Assembly (NCBI GenBank): GCA_963734175.1
Contig: CAVTGC010000004.1
Location: forward strand, 967,875-1,031,874
Length of the DNA stretch: 64,000 bases
Reading direction: 5' to 3'
Origin: an uncultured Candidatus Rokubacteria bacterium
GTDB taxonomy: Bacteria; Methylomirabilota; Methylomirabilia; Rokubacteriales; CSP1-6
Of this stretch, positions 29,090 through 38,765 are shown piece by piece (position 1 is the first letter of the stretch; every line of letters begins with the position of its first letter). The translations under genes were made by a program, and so were the position numbers. Below the pieces are notes generated by a model. That model had not been told where the DNA came from. It ran no database searches and was given only the letters and a program-made list of their open reading frames with translations.

Positions 29090-30228
29090 CCGGTGCGCTC
29101 GACGGTGTCCGAGTTCTCGAGCTGGCGCGGTTCCAGGCCGGGCCGCGCGGCGGCATGCTGCTGTCCGACCTCGGCGCCGAGGTCATCAAGATCGAGCCGC
29201 CCGGCGGCGAGGAGACGCGGCGCCACCCGCCGATGGTGCGCGGTCAGAGCGTCTACTTCTCCGTCTACAACCGCGGCAAGAAGAGCATCTGTCTCGACCT
29301 CCGCAGCGCCAGGGGCAAGGAGGTCTTCGCCGCCCTGGTGCCCAAGGCCGACATCGTGCTGGAGAACTTCCGGCCCGGCGTGATGGCCGCGATGGGCTTC
29401 GACTACGACCGCCTGCGCGCGATCCACCCCGGCATCATCCTGGTGTCGGTGTCGGGCTTCGGCCAGTACGGCCCCTATCGCGACCGCCCGGCCTTCGACT
29501 CGCTCGGCCAGGCGATGGGCGGCCTCATGGCGCTGACCGGCCAGCCCGAGGGCCACCCGGTCGGCACCGCCTCGTCCGTGGTCGATCGCTACACCGCGCT
29601 GCACGCGACGATCGGCACGCTGGCCGCGCTTCGTCATCGCGAGCGCACAGGCGAGGGCCAGCTGGTCGACGTGTGCCTGCTCGACTCCGCCCTCACGATG
29701 GTCGAGATCCCCACGTCGTACTACCTGTCGACCGGCGCCGAGGGCGGCGAGGGTGGGCGGCCGCCCTATCGCACGCAGGACGGCTGGGTCGTGATCGCCG
29801 CCGCCGGGCGCGAGATGGCGGCGCGCCTCATGAAGATCGTCGGCGGCCCGGACGACGACACTCCGCTGGCCGGCAGCTCGCCCGGCGGCGATCGCCGCGT
29901 GAAGATCGAGGCGTGGTGCGCGGGCCACACGATGGAGCAGGTGTGCACGGCGCTGAACGAGGCCGGCATCCCGGCGGCGCCGGTGCGCACGATCCCCGAG
30001 GTCGCCAAGGACCCGCACCTGTGGGAACGGCAGATGCTGGTGAAGATGGAGGACGCCGTCGCCGGCGAGATGTACCTGCCGGGGGCGACGGTGAAGCTGT
30101 CGAAGACGCCGGCGCGAGTGGGGCCGGTGCCGACGGTGGGGCAGCACACCGACGAGGTGCTGGGCGGGCTGCTCGGGTACGACAGCGGCGCGCTGGCGGC
30201 CCTGAGGAGTTCGGGCGCCATCGCCTGA
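29086..30228 (+). CDS. CoA-transferase family III (CaiB/BaiF)
   Basis: ATGA overlap with the upstream stop. Has the family III N-terminus 'LDGVRVLELARFQAGP'. Confidence 0.85.
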   Translation: MTGALDGVRVLELARFQAGPRGGMLLSDLGAEVIKIEPPGGEETRRHPPMVRGQSVYFSVYNRGKKSICLDLRSARGKEVFAALVPKADIVLENFRPGVMAAMGFDYDRLRAIHPGIILVSVSGFGQYGPYRDRPAFDSLGQAMGGLMALTGQPEGHPVGTASSVVDRYTALHATIGTLAALRHRERTGEGQLVDVCLLDSALTMVEIPTSYYLSTGAEGGEGGRPPYRTQDGWVVIAAAGREMAARLMKIVGGPDDDTPLAGSSPGGDRRVKIEAWCAGHTMEQVCTALNEAGIPAAPVRTIPEVAKDPHLWERQMLVKMEDAVAGEMYLPGATVKLSKTPARVGPVPTVGQHTDEVLGGLLGYDSGALAALRSSGAIA

Positions 30229-30237
30229 TTCGCGAGC

Positions 30238-30633
30238 ATGACCATCGAGGTGTCCGGCTGGCCGGAGCCCCCCGACGACGAAACGATCGGCGCGCTCGTG
30301 GGTTCGGTGCTCAGCGCGCCGATCCAGGTGGAGTTCGGAGGCGAGCCCATTCCGTTCTTCGAGCTCTTCCGCTTTGCTCGCGTCATCGTCGTGGACTCCG
30401 TCCCCGACCCCGGGCCATGCCCCCGCTGCGAAGAGCCGGCCCGGAATCGTATCGTCGTCGAGTGGGAAGCCGGCTACACGAGCCCGGACGGCAACGTGCT
30501 GTGCGAGAACTGCGTGCACGGTGTGGTCACGGCCGGGGCCAACCAGATCCGGTTTGACCCCGACGGACCTCCCCCGGTCCCGTACGAGATCAACGTCACG
30601 ATTCGCCTGCGGCCGCCGGGAGCAAGCGAGTGA
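30238..30633 (+). CDS. hypothetical protein with CxxC...CxxC zinc-ribbon-like motif
   Basis: 131 aa. Has 'CPRCEE...CENCVHG'. A 4-nt overlap with the downstream FAD monooxygenase suggests translational coupling. Confidence 0.55.
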   Translation: MTIEVSGWPEPPDDETIGALVGSVLSAPIQVEFGGEPIPFFELFRFARVIVVDSVPDPGPCPRCEEPARNRIVVEWEAGYTSPDGNVLCENCVHGVVTAGANQIRFDPDGPPPVPYEINVTIRLRPPGASE

Positions 30634-31784
30634 AGATCGGCATCGTGGGGGGCGGACCGGCGGGGTTGTATCTCGCCCTGCTGATGAAGAAGCAGGATCC
30701 CGCCCACGAGATCACCGTGGTCGAGCAGAACCCGGCCGGCGCCACCTACGGCTGGGGCGTCGTCTTCTCCGATCGCGCGCTCTCGTTCCTCGAGGCGGCC
30801 GACGTCGACTCCTACCGCGATCTCACCGGCAGCCTGCAGACCTGGGACGACCAGGCGATCGTCCACCAGGGCCAGCAGGTCCGCATCGATGGGCTCGGCT
30901 TCTCCGGCATCGCCCGGCTCGACCTCCTGCGCATCCTCCAGGAGCACTGTCATCGGCAGGGCGTCCGCCTGGAGTTCGAGGCCCGCCTGACCGACCTGGC
31001 GCCCTTTCGGGGTTGTGACCTGATCGTCGGGGCCGACGGCGTCAACAGCGTGGTGCGGGAGACGCGCCGCGCGGAGTTCGGGCCGACGGTCGAGGTGCTC
31101 TCCAACAAGTACCTCTGGTACGGCACCCAGCAGCTCTTCGACTGCCTGACGCTGACGTTCCGGCAGACGACCGACGGTCCGTTCGTGGCCCATCACTACC
31201 CGTACGGCGAGCGGGCCAGCACCTTCCTGGTGGAGTGTGACGCAGAGACGTTCGCCGCCACCGGGCTGGCCGAGAAATCGGAAGACGAGAGCCGTCGCTA
31301 CTGCGAGGACGTGTTCCGGGACGACCTGGGCGGTCACCGGCTCCTCGCCAACAAGTCCTCGTGGCTCAACTTCAAGGTGGTGACCAACCGGCGCTGGAGC
31401 CACGACAACGTCGTGCTCATCGGTGACGCCCTGCGCACGGTGCACTTCTCGCTCGGCTCGGGCACCCGCATGGCCCTCGAGGACGCGATCGTCCTGGCCC
31501 AGGCCTTCGCCCACCGCGACGTCCGGCTGGCGCTCGCTGAATTCGAGCGCGTGAGGCGGCCGGCGGTCGAGCGGTTCTTGAAGGTCGCCGCCCACAGCTT
31601 CGTCTGGTACGAACGCATGCGCGAGAAGCTGCGCCTGGACCCGGTACCGTTCACCTACGACTACGTGATGCGGGGCGGCAGCGTGACCCACGAGCGGCTC
31701 CGCCAGCGATCGCCGAAGCTCGCCGCCGCCTGGGAGGCGTACACGGCGGGGCGGCGGCCAAACCACGCGGAGGCCTCCGACTGA
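30630..31784 (+). CDS. FAD-dependent monooxygenase (aromatic hydroxylase, UbiH/salicylate hydroxylase-like)
   Basis: GTG start. Has '[15 protein letters not shown]' and '[20 protein letters not shown]' motifs. Confidence 0.85.
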   Translation: MKIGIVGGGPAGLYLALLMKKQDPAHEITVVEQNPAGATYGWGVVFSDRALSFLEAADVDSYRDLTGSLQTWDDQAIVHQGQQVRIDGLGFSGIARLDLLRILQEHCHRQGVRLEFEARLTDLAPFRGCDLIVGADGVNSVVRETRRAEFGPTVEVLSNKYLWYGTQQLFDCLTLTFRQTTDGPFVAHHYPYGERASTFLVECDAETFAATGLAEKSEDESRRYCEDVFRDDLGGHRLLANKSSWLNFKVVTNRRWSHDNVVLIGDALRTVHFSLGSGTRMALEDAIVLAQAFAHRDVRLALAEFERVRRPAVERFLKVAAHSFVWYERMREKLRLDPVPFTYDYVMRGGSVTHERLRQRSPKLAAAWEAYTAGRRPNHAEASD

Positions 31785-32389
31785 TGCTCTACGTGCTGGA
31801 CCTGTTCGGCGTGGCGGTCTTCGCCACCAGCGGCGCACTGGCGGCCGGGCGCGCGCGGCTGGACCTGCTGGGCGTCGTCGTCATCGCGTCCGTGACCGCC
31901 ATCGGGGGCGGCACGTTGCGCGATCTGCTGCTGAACCGGCATCCGATCTTCTGGATCCGCGATCCGACCTATCTCGTCGTCACCACCGCGGCCGCCGTGC
32001 TGACGGTGCTCGTCATGCGGCTGCACGCGCCGCCCGGCAACGCCCTCCTTGTGGCCGACGCCCTCGGGCTGGCGCTGTTCGCGATCTCGGGGGCGCAGAT
32101 CGCCGAGGCCGCCGGGCTCTCGCCCATCATCGTCGTCCTCATGGGGACGATGACCGGCGTGGCCGGCGGCGTGCTGCGGGACGTGCTGACCGCCCAGGTC
32201 CCCCTCATCCTCCGCGGAGACCTCTACGCGACGGCTGCCATCGCCGGCATCGCGCTGTACCTCGCCCTGACAGCGCTCGGTGTGCCAGGGTCGTGGGCGT
32301 TCGGCGTCGGCCTGGCCGCGGTGGCGACGCTGCGGCTGCTGGCCATCCTGTGGCGCCTGCGTCTGCCGATCTTTCGGCTGAGCGAGTAG
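31784..32389 (+). CDS. trimeric intracellular cation channel (TRIC/UPF0126) family membrane protein
   Basis: 201 aa with two repeated glycine-rich TM motifs. Confidence 0.75.
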   Translation: MLYVLDLFGVAVFATSGALAAGRARLDLLGVVVIASVTAIGGGTLRDLLLNRHPIFWIRDPTYLVVTTAAAVLTVLVMRLHAPPGNALLVADALGLALFAISGAQIAEAAGLSPIIVVLMGTMTGVAGGVLRDVLTAQVPLILRGDLYATAAIAGIALYLALTALGVPGSWAFGVGLAAVATLRLLAILWRLRLPIFRLSE

Positions 32390-32437
32390 ACCAGGCCGGC
32401 ACCCGCTTGAGGTAGAGTCAGCGGCGAGGTCATCGCG

Positions 32438-32800
32438 ATGCCCCAACTGATCGAGGCGCCCGTCGTGATCGAGGCGGCCGGCACCAGGCCCAAGCTGATC
32501 GAGGAGTTCGTCGGCCGGCCGAGCACCGGCACCACCGCGGTCAGCGTGGCCCGCATGCGCTCGCCGTCCGGCTGGGAGGAGCCCGGGCAACGCCCGGAGT
32601 TCCAGGAGATCACCGTGGTGCTCAAGGGCAGCCTGCGCGTGGCTTTCGAAGGCGGCCGGCTGGACGTCGCCGCCGGACAGGCGGTGATCACGGCGCCGGG
32701 CGAGTGGGTGCGTTACAGCACGCCCCACCCTGACGGAGCCGAGTACGTCGCGATCTGTCTTCCCGCGTTCTCGCCCCAGACGGTTCATCGAGACGACTGA
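32438..32800 (+). CDS. cupin domain protein
   Basis: 120 aa small cupin barrel pattern. Confidence 0.65.
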   Translation: MPQLIEAPVVIEAAGTRPKLIEEFVGRPSTGTTAVSVARMRSPSGWEEPGQRPEFQEITVVLKGSLRVAFEGGRLDVAAGQAVITAPGEWVRYSTPHPDGAEYVAICLPAFSPQTVHRDD

Positions 32801-32819
32801 CCAAGACCAAGGAGACGAC

Positions 32820-33110
32820 ATGTCGATCCGACTCGTGGTGACGATCACCGCCGCGCCGGGCAAGGGCGCGGAGCTGGCCCAGGCGTACAAGGCGCGCTGC
32901 GCGGAGTGCATGAAGGAGCCCGGCTGCGAGCAGTTCGAGATCTTCCAGGGTGTCGCCAACCCCGACCGGCTCACGCTGCTGGAGCGCTGGGTCGACCAGG
33001 CCGCGCTCGACGTGCACGCCAAGCTGAACAGCACGCGCCCGCCGCTGCGACCCGAGCTGCGGGCCGGCACCGGCGAGCGCGAAGACTACGAGTACAACCG
33101 AACGCGCTAG
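32820..33110 (+). CDS. antibiotic-biosynthesis-monooxygenase (ABM) family protein
   Basis: 96 aa with a ferredoxin-like ABM pattern. Confidence 0.7.
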   Translation: MSIRLVVTITAAPGKGAELAQAYKARCAECMKEPGCEQFEIFQGVANPDRLTLLERWVDQAALDVHAKLNSTRPPLRPELRAGTGEREDYEYNRTR

Positions 33111-33132
33111 TCCATCGCGCCGGAGGGCGCCG

Positions 33133-34536
33133 ATGCCGAGACGCCGGGGCTACGTCTACTGCGGCCTGACGAGCACGCTCAACGTCGTCCTCTACGCCCT
33201 CACGCTGGGCCGGTTTCTCTGGCTCGAGGGCCGGGTGCGCGGCGGCGTGTTCCGGAACTGGCTGCGGCTCTTTCGTTTCCGGCCCGGCCGCTTCGCGCAG
33301 CCGGCCACCGAAGCGGAGATCGTCGACCTCGTCAAGGGCTCGACCGGCCTTCGCGTGTTCGGCGCCGGCCACTCCTTCAACGCCGGCGTCGTTGCCGACC
33401 ACACGCTCGTCTCGCTGGACCGTTATCAGGGTGTCCTCTGGAAGGATCTCCCGGCCCGGCGGGTGGCGTTCCGCGGGGGCACGCGGGTGCGAGACGCCTC
33501 GCGGCTGCTCCTGCGCGAGGGGCTGGCCTTCGGGAACCTGCCCTCCCACGACGCGCAGAGCATCGCCGGCATCATCTCCACCGACGTCCACGGCACCGGG
33601 CGCGACTGGGGCTTCGTGAGCGAGGCCGTCGTGAGCCTCAAGCTGGTCGACGGCAGCGGCACCGTTCACGAATGCCGGCCCGACGACGATCTCTTCAAGG
33701 CCGCCATCGGCGGCATCGGGGCGGCCGGCATCATCACCGAGGTGGTGGTCGAGACCGTCCCCCGCTTCGACGTCGAGCAGAAGGTCGAGATGTCGAACCG
33801 CGCCTTCGTCCGCGCCAACCTCGACCGTCTCCTGCGGGACCACGTTCACCTGAGCCTCTACCTGTTCCCCTTCACCGACACGTGCCAGATCAACACCTGG
33901 ACGCCGACCACCCGCCCGAGGTCCACGCTGGGGGCCCTGCGAGAGTTCGCCGGCAACTCGCTGGATGCCCTGCTGGCCGCCTGGGTGGCCAATCTCATCG
34001 CCTACGCCGGGCTGCTGCCGCGGCTGTCTCCGCTCGCCCACCGGCTCAAGCGGGGCAGCGACCTGGTGATGGAGAGCTACCAGGCCTTCAACCGCTCGAT
34101 CTACCACCTGCACCAGGAGCTGGAGTTCGCCGTCCCCTTCGAGCGCACCTTCGAGGTCTGTGACCGCTTCATCGCGCTCTACGAGCGTCTCTACCGGGAG
34201 GCGCCACTGCCCTACACGCTGTTCGAGGTGCGCTTCACCCCGGGCGGCCACCAGCGCACGCTGATCGGGCCGGGCCGCGGGCGCCGCTCCACCTGGCTCG
34301 ATCTGCTGACCAACGACTCCCGTGGTTTCGAGCGATACTTCGCGGCGGCTGAGACGCTGATGCGGGAGGTCGACGCGCGGCCGCATCCGGGCAAGTTCAA
34401 CGAGACCTTCGGACACGAGGACCTGCGGCGGATGCACGGCGAGCACTTCGTCAAGTTCCTCGACCTCGCGCGGCGGCACGATCCCGAGCGCAAGTTCGCC
34501 AACGACTTCACCCGGCGCCTGTTCGGCCCCCACTGA
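33133..34536 (+). CDS. FAD-linked oxidase, D-arabinono-1,4-lactone/L-gulonolactone oxidase-like
   Basis: Has an FAD_binding_4 N-domain with 'FGAGHSFN' and an ALO C-domain with 'RPHPGK'. Confidence 0.8.
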   Translation: MPRRRGYVYCGLTSTLNVVLYALTLGRFLWLEGRVRGGVFRNWLRLFRFRPGRFAQPATEAEIVDLVKGSTGLRVFGAGHSFNAGVVADHTLVSLDRYQGVLWKDLPARRVAFRGGTRVRDASRLLLREGLAFGNLPSHDAQSIAGIISTDVHGTGRDWGFVSEAVVSLKLVDGSGTVHECRPDDDLFKAAIGGIGAAGIITEVVVETVPRFDVEQKVEMSNRAFVRANLDRLLRDHVHLSLYLFPFTDTCQINTWTPTTRPRSTLGALREFAGNSLDALLAAWVANLIAYAGLLPRLSPLAHRLKRGSDLVMESYQAFNRSIYHLHQELEFAVPFERTFEVCDRFIALYERLYREAPLPYTLFEVRFTPGGHQRTLIGPGRGRRSTWLDLLTNDSRGFERYFAAAETLMREVDARPHPGKFNETFGHEDLRRMHGEHFVKFLDLARRHDPERKFANDFTRRLFGPH

Positions 34537-34544
34537 GGGCGCGG

Positions 34545-35180
34545 GTGCCCCCGGTCTTCACGACCCGGCCGCTCACCGACGAGGAGCGCACCTCGCTTCG
34601 CGAGCCCCGCCCCCAGCTCTCCGGGTGGTGGACCGGCCTGGCCTCGGCGCTGTGCGTCCTGGCCCTCGTGTTCCTGGTCGTGCTCCTGGCCTCACGGTGG
34701 CTGCGGGCGGCGGCGATCCTGCCCATCGCCACCGCGGCGGGTGGCCTCGCGGCGGCCGGCGTGTACGTGTCGATTCAGCGGCGCGAGCAACGCCGGCGGC
34801 AGGAGCTGAACGACCTCATCTCCCGGGAGCTGGTCCGGGGATACGTGAACTGCACGACCTTCACGATCACCGATGCGGTGGCCGTCGAGGAGCAGGAAGA
34901 CGAGGGCGTGAGCTACCACCTTCTGCTCGACGACGGCCGCACGCTCTTTCTCTCCGGGCAGTACCTGTACCGGCCGGCCGAGGCCGGCTTCCCGTGGGCG
35001 GTGTTCGAGGTCGTGCGCGTACCCGTGGGCGGCTGGGTGCTCCGCCTGGTACCGCACGGCCCCTCGCTGACGCCGAGCCACACGCGCCGCCCGTTCTCCG
35101 ACGCCGAGCGCGACTCCGGAGCGGTGCCGGCGGACGGCACGATCTCGCAGCGCGACTTCGAGGCGCTCAAGAATGCGTGA
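34545..35180 (+). CDS. hypothetical membrane protein (2 TM + soluble C-domain)
   Basis: The ORF has no recognisable family. The start is uncertain. Confidence 0.5.
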   Translation: MPPVFTTRPLTDEERTSLREPRPQLSGWWTGLASALCVLALVFLVVLLASRWLRAAAILPIATAAGGLAAAGVYVSIQRREQRRRQELNDLISRELVRGYVNCTTFTITDAVAVEEQEDEGVSYHLLLDDGRTLFLSGQYLYRPAEAGFPWAVFEVVRVPVGGWVLRLVPHGPSLTPSHTRRPFSDAERDSGAVPADGTISQRDFEALKNA

Positions 35181-35184
35181 TGGG

Positions 35185-35781
35185 TTATCGCACGATGAGC
35201 GCGACCGACAGCGCCAGCAGCGCGCCGAGGGCGACATTGAAGATGCGCATCGCCCGGCGCCCCCGCAGCAGCCGCTGAACGGTGGCGCCGAACGCGAGCC
35301 AGAGGAAGCAGCTGGGCAGGGCCGCGAGGACGAACAACCCGCCCAGGAGCGCGGACTGCACGACGGCACTGCCCGACTGCGCGCTAAGATACGTCCCGGC
35401 GGCGCTCACGGCCACGAGCCAGGACTTTGGGTTGATCCATTGAAAGACCGCGGCCTCCACGAATCCGACCGGGCGGCCCTCGCCGGGCGCCGACGGCCCC
35501 GTCGACGTCGCGATCTTCCACGCGAGCCAGAGCAGGAAGGCGGCGCCGCCCCACCGGAGCACCGTGAGCGCCAGGGGGTGCCCGAGGACCAGGCTCCCCA
35601 GGCCGAGCGGCACCAGGAACAGCATCAGCCCCATGCCGACCGTCACGCCGGCCAGGCAGGGCAGTCCTTTCAGGACGCCGCCGGCCGCTCCGGCCGCCGT
35701 CAGCATGACGTTGCTGGGCCCCGGCGTGACCGCCGCCACGACCGCGAAGAGCAGAAACGCCACCGCCTGCTCGCTGGTCAT
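35185..35781 (-). CDS. LysE/RhtB family amino-acid efflux transporter
   Basis: 198 aa, 6 TM. The N-terminal 'TPGPSN' region is typical of LysE. Confidence 0.8.
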   Translation of the reverse strand: MTSEQAVAFLLFAVVAAVTPGPSNVMLTAAGAAGGVLKGLPCLAGVTVGMGLMLFLVPLGLGSLVLGHPLALTVLRWGGAAFLLWLAWKIATSTGPSAPGEGRPVGFVEAAVFQWINPKSWLVAVSAAGTYLSAQSGSAVVQSALLGGLFVLAALPSCFLWLAFGATVQRLLRGRRAMRIFNVALGALLALSVALIVR

Positions 35782-35828
35782 CGCGCCTCTCCCCCCTCTC
35801 GGTCACCCGCCCTGGCGGGGCTCGCCCC

Positions 35829-36704
35829 ATGAGTGACGACACCAGATCGGGCGCCGAGGGTCTTGAACGATCGTGCGGACGGTCGGCGGCCGGCTGGCTG
35901 GCGGGCGCGGGGCCCGTCGGCGGTGTCGAGCTCCTCCGCGCCTGGTTCGCCGGCGAGGCGTACGCGAAGCACCGCCATGACACCTACGCGATCGGCTCGA
36001 CCGACTCCGGTGTCCAGGTGTTCGACTATCGCGGAGCGGCCCGCGTGAGCCGGCCGGGTCAGGTCGTCGTCCTCCATCCCGACGAGGTCCACGACGGCCG
36101 CGCGGGCACGCGGGACGGCTTCGGCTACCGGATCGTCTACGTCGAGCCCTCACGCATCGCCGACGCCGTGCGGGCGATCCGCGGGCGGCCGCATCCCCTG
36201 CCCTTCGTGCGCGAGCCCGTGGGGACGAACGCCCGGCTGGCGCGAGCCGTCGCCGACGCCTTTCGGTGTGGCCTCGCTCCCCTGGCCGCCGATGCCGTCA
36301 TCGTGGAGCTGGCCGAGGGCCTGCTGGCGGCGGGCGGAGGGCCGGCGATACCACGCCGCGTCGACGCCCCGGCCGTCGAGCGCGCTCGAGAGTTCCTCGA
36401 GGCGGAGCGAACCCGCGTCGTGCGCTCGGCGGAGCTGGAGGCGATCACGGGGCTCAGCCGCTACGAGCTCGCGCGGCAGTTCCGGCTGATGCTGGGTACG
36501 AGCCCTCATCGCTACCTGCTCGGCCGCCGGCTCGCGCTCGCACGGCAGCGGATGACCGGCGACCGAACGCTGGCCGACGTGGCCTATGAGGTCGGATTCG
36601 CCGATCAGGCGCACTTCACGCGCACCTTCAAGGCGGTGCTCGGGCTGACGCCGGCCAGATATCGAGCCCTGACCACCTCCCGGGTCGGACCCCCACCATC
36701 GTGA
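35829..36704 (+). CDS. AraC family transcriptional regulator
   Basis: Has a C-terminal HTH pattern matching AraC-family HTH_18. Divergent to the LysE gene. Confidence 0.8.
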   Translation: MSDDTRSGAEGLERSCGRSAAGWLAGAGPVGGVELLRAWFAGEAYAKHRHDTYAIGSTDSGVQVFDYRGAARVSRPGQVVVLHPDEVHDGRAGTRDGFGYRIVYVEPSRIADAVRAIRGRPHPLPFVREPVGTNARLARAVADAFRCGLAPLAADAVIVELAEGLLAAGGGPAIPRRVDAPAVERAREFLEAERTRVVRSAELEAITGLSRYELARQFRLMLGTSPHRYLLGRRLALARQRMTGDRTLADVAYEVGFADQAHFTRTFKAVLGLTPARYRALTTSRVGPPPS

Positions 36705-37426
36705 GGCCGGAGCGCTTCGCCCAGGGCATGACGTTCGACGAGTACGTGGCCTACACCGGCACGTCCGAGAATCTCGCCCGCGAGGCCGGCTGGTGGCTGG
36801 GGCCCAAGCGCCACGACTTCAGTGGCCTTCTGCGTGACTGGCACGGGCGAGCCCGCCTTAACGAGTCGCAGGTTGCCGCCATCCGGTGGCTGGCGGCCCA
36901 GCCGAATGGCCCGGCTCGCATGCTGGTCATCTCGGAGGAGTGGTCGTCCGACTGCCGGCGCGACGTGCCCATGCTGGCGAGGCTGGCCGAGGGCGGCGGC
37001 CTGGAGCTGCGCATCTTCACGCGCGACGGCCACACGCTCGGGCGTGGCCCGCGGGCCGATCCCGCGCAGTCGCCGAACGCCGATGTCGTGAACGCGTTCC
37101 TCAACCACAAGGACGGGCAGACGTGTCAGTCCGTACCCGTCGCGGTCTTCTTCACTCGCGACCTCGACTACCTGTATCACTACGTCGAATTCCCCGCGAT
37201 CTACCACAAGGAGCGCCTGTACACTGCGATGCAGGTCGCCAGGCCGGGCGAGACGCGCGATCAGGCGTGGGATCGCTTCATCGGTGACTGGGGGGCGCTC
37301 CAGGCATCACCGTTCTTCCCGCTGTGGGCGTCGGCCGCGGTGGACGAGATCCTCTCCGCTCTTCACCAGCGCGTCGTCATCGGAGTCGAACCGTCGGACT
37401 CGACCGGGATCAGGGGGTCAGCGTGA
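36701..37426 (+). CDS. thioredoxin-fold family protein (WSSDC motif), paralog B
   Basis: 241 aa, about 50% identical to 25348..26076. 4-nt overlap with araC. Confidence 0.7.
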   Translation: MRPERFAQGMTFDEYVAYTGTSENLAREAGWWLGPKRHDFSGLLRDWHGRARLNESQVAAIRWLAAQPNGPARMLVISEEWSSDCRRDVPMLARLAEGGGLELRIFTRDGHTLGRGPRADPAQSPNADVVNAFLNHKDGQTCQSVPVAVFFTRDLDYLYHYVEFPAIYHKERLYTAMQVARPGETRDQAWDRFIGDWGALQASPFFPLWASAAVDEILSALHQRVVIGVEPSDSTGIRGSA

Positions 37427-37788
37427 GACTCATCGCCACCGTGTTGACGGGATTCGTCGCCCTGAGTCACCTCGGCATCCTGGTCCTCGAGATGTTCTTC
37501 TGGGACCATCCGGTCGGGCGGAAGATCTTCGCGATGACGCCCGAGGTCTCGGCGGCATCGGCCACCCTGGCGAAGAACCAGGGGCTCTACAACGGCTTCC
37601 TGGCCGCGATGCTCATCTGGGGTCTCGCAACGGGGCGTCGCGACGTGACGGTGTTCGGCCTGGCGTGTGTCGTCATCGCCGGCGTCTTCGGCGCCATCAC
37701 GGCCAAGCCCTCGATCCTGTTCACCCAGGCCCTGCCGGGCCTGCTCGCCCTCGTCGCGGTGCTCGCCGCGCCGAACAAGGCCCGCTAG
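37423..37788 (+). CDS. DUF1304-like small membrane protein
   Basis: GTG start overlapping the upstream stop (GTGA). Has four TM segments. Confidence 0.6.
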   Translation: MRLIATVLTGFVALSHLGILVLEMFFWDHPVGRKIFAMTPEVSAASATLAKNQGLYNGFLAAMLIWGLATGRRDVTVFGLACVVIAGVFGAITAKPSILFTQALPGLLALVAVLAAPNKAR

Positions 37789-38750
37789 CCTTCCGTCCGG
37801 TAGAACCCCAGCGCCTTCAGCATCGGCACGTCCTGCACCGAATACAGGATAGCCGGCGCCGCGCCGGCGTTGCCGTGCGCGTGCAGCGCCCGCGGCGGCA
37901 CTGCGAAGAAATCGCCCGCACCCCACTCGACGCGTACGCCGTCGATCTCCGTGAAGCCGGCGCCCTCCACCACGTGGTAGACCGCGCTCGACGTCTCCCG
38001 GTGCGCGCGCGTGCGCACACCCGGCCGCAGCATCTGCAGATAGCAGCCGAGCGCCGGCACCACCGACCCCCCGGTCGCCGGATCGAGATACTCCATGATG
38101 ACGTCGTCGAACGGATCGGGCGCCCGCCGCTGCAGCTCGGCGTACGACGTCTCCCAGCGGTAACAGAGGTGGCGGGCGGGCGGGCCGCTGCGCACCGGCT
38201 GGGCCTCGCCCTCGTACGGATCCATCGCCAGGTTCTCGAGATAGCGCACCACCGGCGAGTCGAGCGCGTCGGTCCAGATGACCGGCCCCGAGCCCTCGTT
38301 GCCGTGGTCGTGCCAGGTCATGCTCGGCGTGACCACCAGATCGCCGCGGCGCATGACGTACTTGTCGCCCTCGATCGTCGTGTAAGCGCCCTCGCCGTGC
38401 AGCATGAAGCGGATGGCGTTGGGTGTGTGGCGGTGGGCGGGCGCGACTTCGGCGGGCAGCAGGTACTGGACGGCGATGGAGATCGTGTGGCCGGAGGTGC
38501 GCTCGGGCACCCCGGGGTTGTCCAGGCGGAGGATGCGCCGCTCGGCGCCGCGGCCGGGGGCCATGAACTCCGGGCTGCGGTGGATGAGCGGCTCGATGTC
38601 CCGCCAGCGCCATGCGCGCGCCTGCATGGCCGAGGCCTTGGGCCTGATCAGCGGGCCCGGCTCCATCCACGGCGCGTCGAGGCCGGCGGCCGCCAGGCTG
38701 GCGGTGTACTGCTCGCGAGCGGACCGGACGGAGGTCATCTGCACGCTCAT
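37785..38750 (-). CDS. bicupin dioxygenase, gentisate 1,2-dioxygenase-like
   Basis: 321 aa with two cupin His clusters ('HRHTPNA', 'HAHGNAG'). Confidence 0.75.
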   Translation of the reverse strand: MSVQMTSVRSAREQYTASLAAAGLDAPWMEPGPLIRPKASAMQARAWRWRDIEPLIHRSPEFMAPGRGAERRILRLDNPGVPERTSGHTISIAVQYLLPAEVAPAHRHTPNAIRFMLHGEGAYTTIEGDKYVMRRGDLVVTPSMTWHDHGNEGSGPVIWTDALDSPVVRYLENLAMDPYEGEAQPVRSGPPARHLCYRWETSYAELQRRAPDPFDDVIMEYLDPATGGSVVPALGCYLQMLRPGVRTRAHRETSSAVYHVVEGAGFTEIDGVRVEWGAGDFFAVPPRALHAHGNAGAAPAILYSVQDVPMLKALGFYRTEG

Positions 38751-38765
38751 GGCCGTGGTCTCCTT

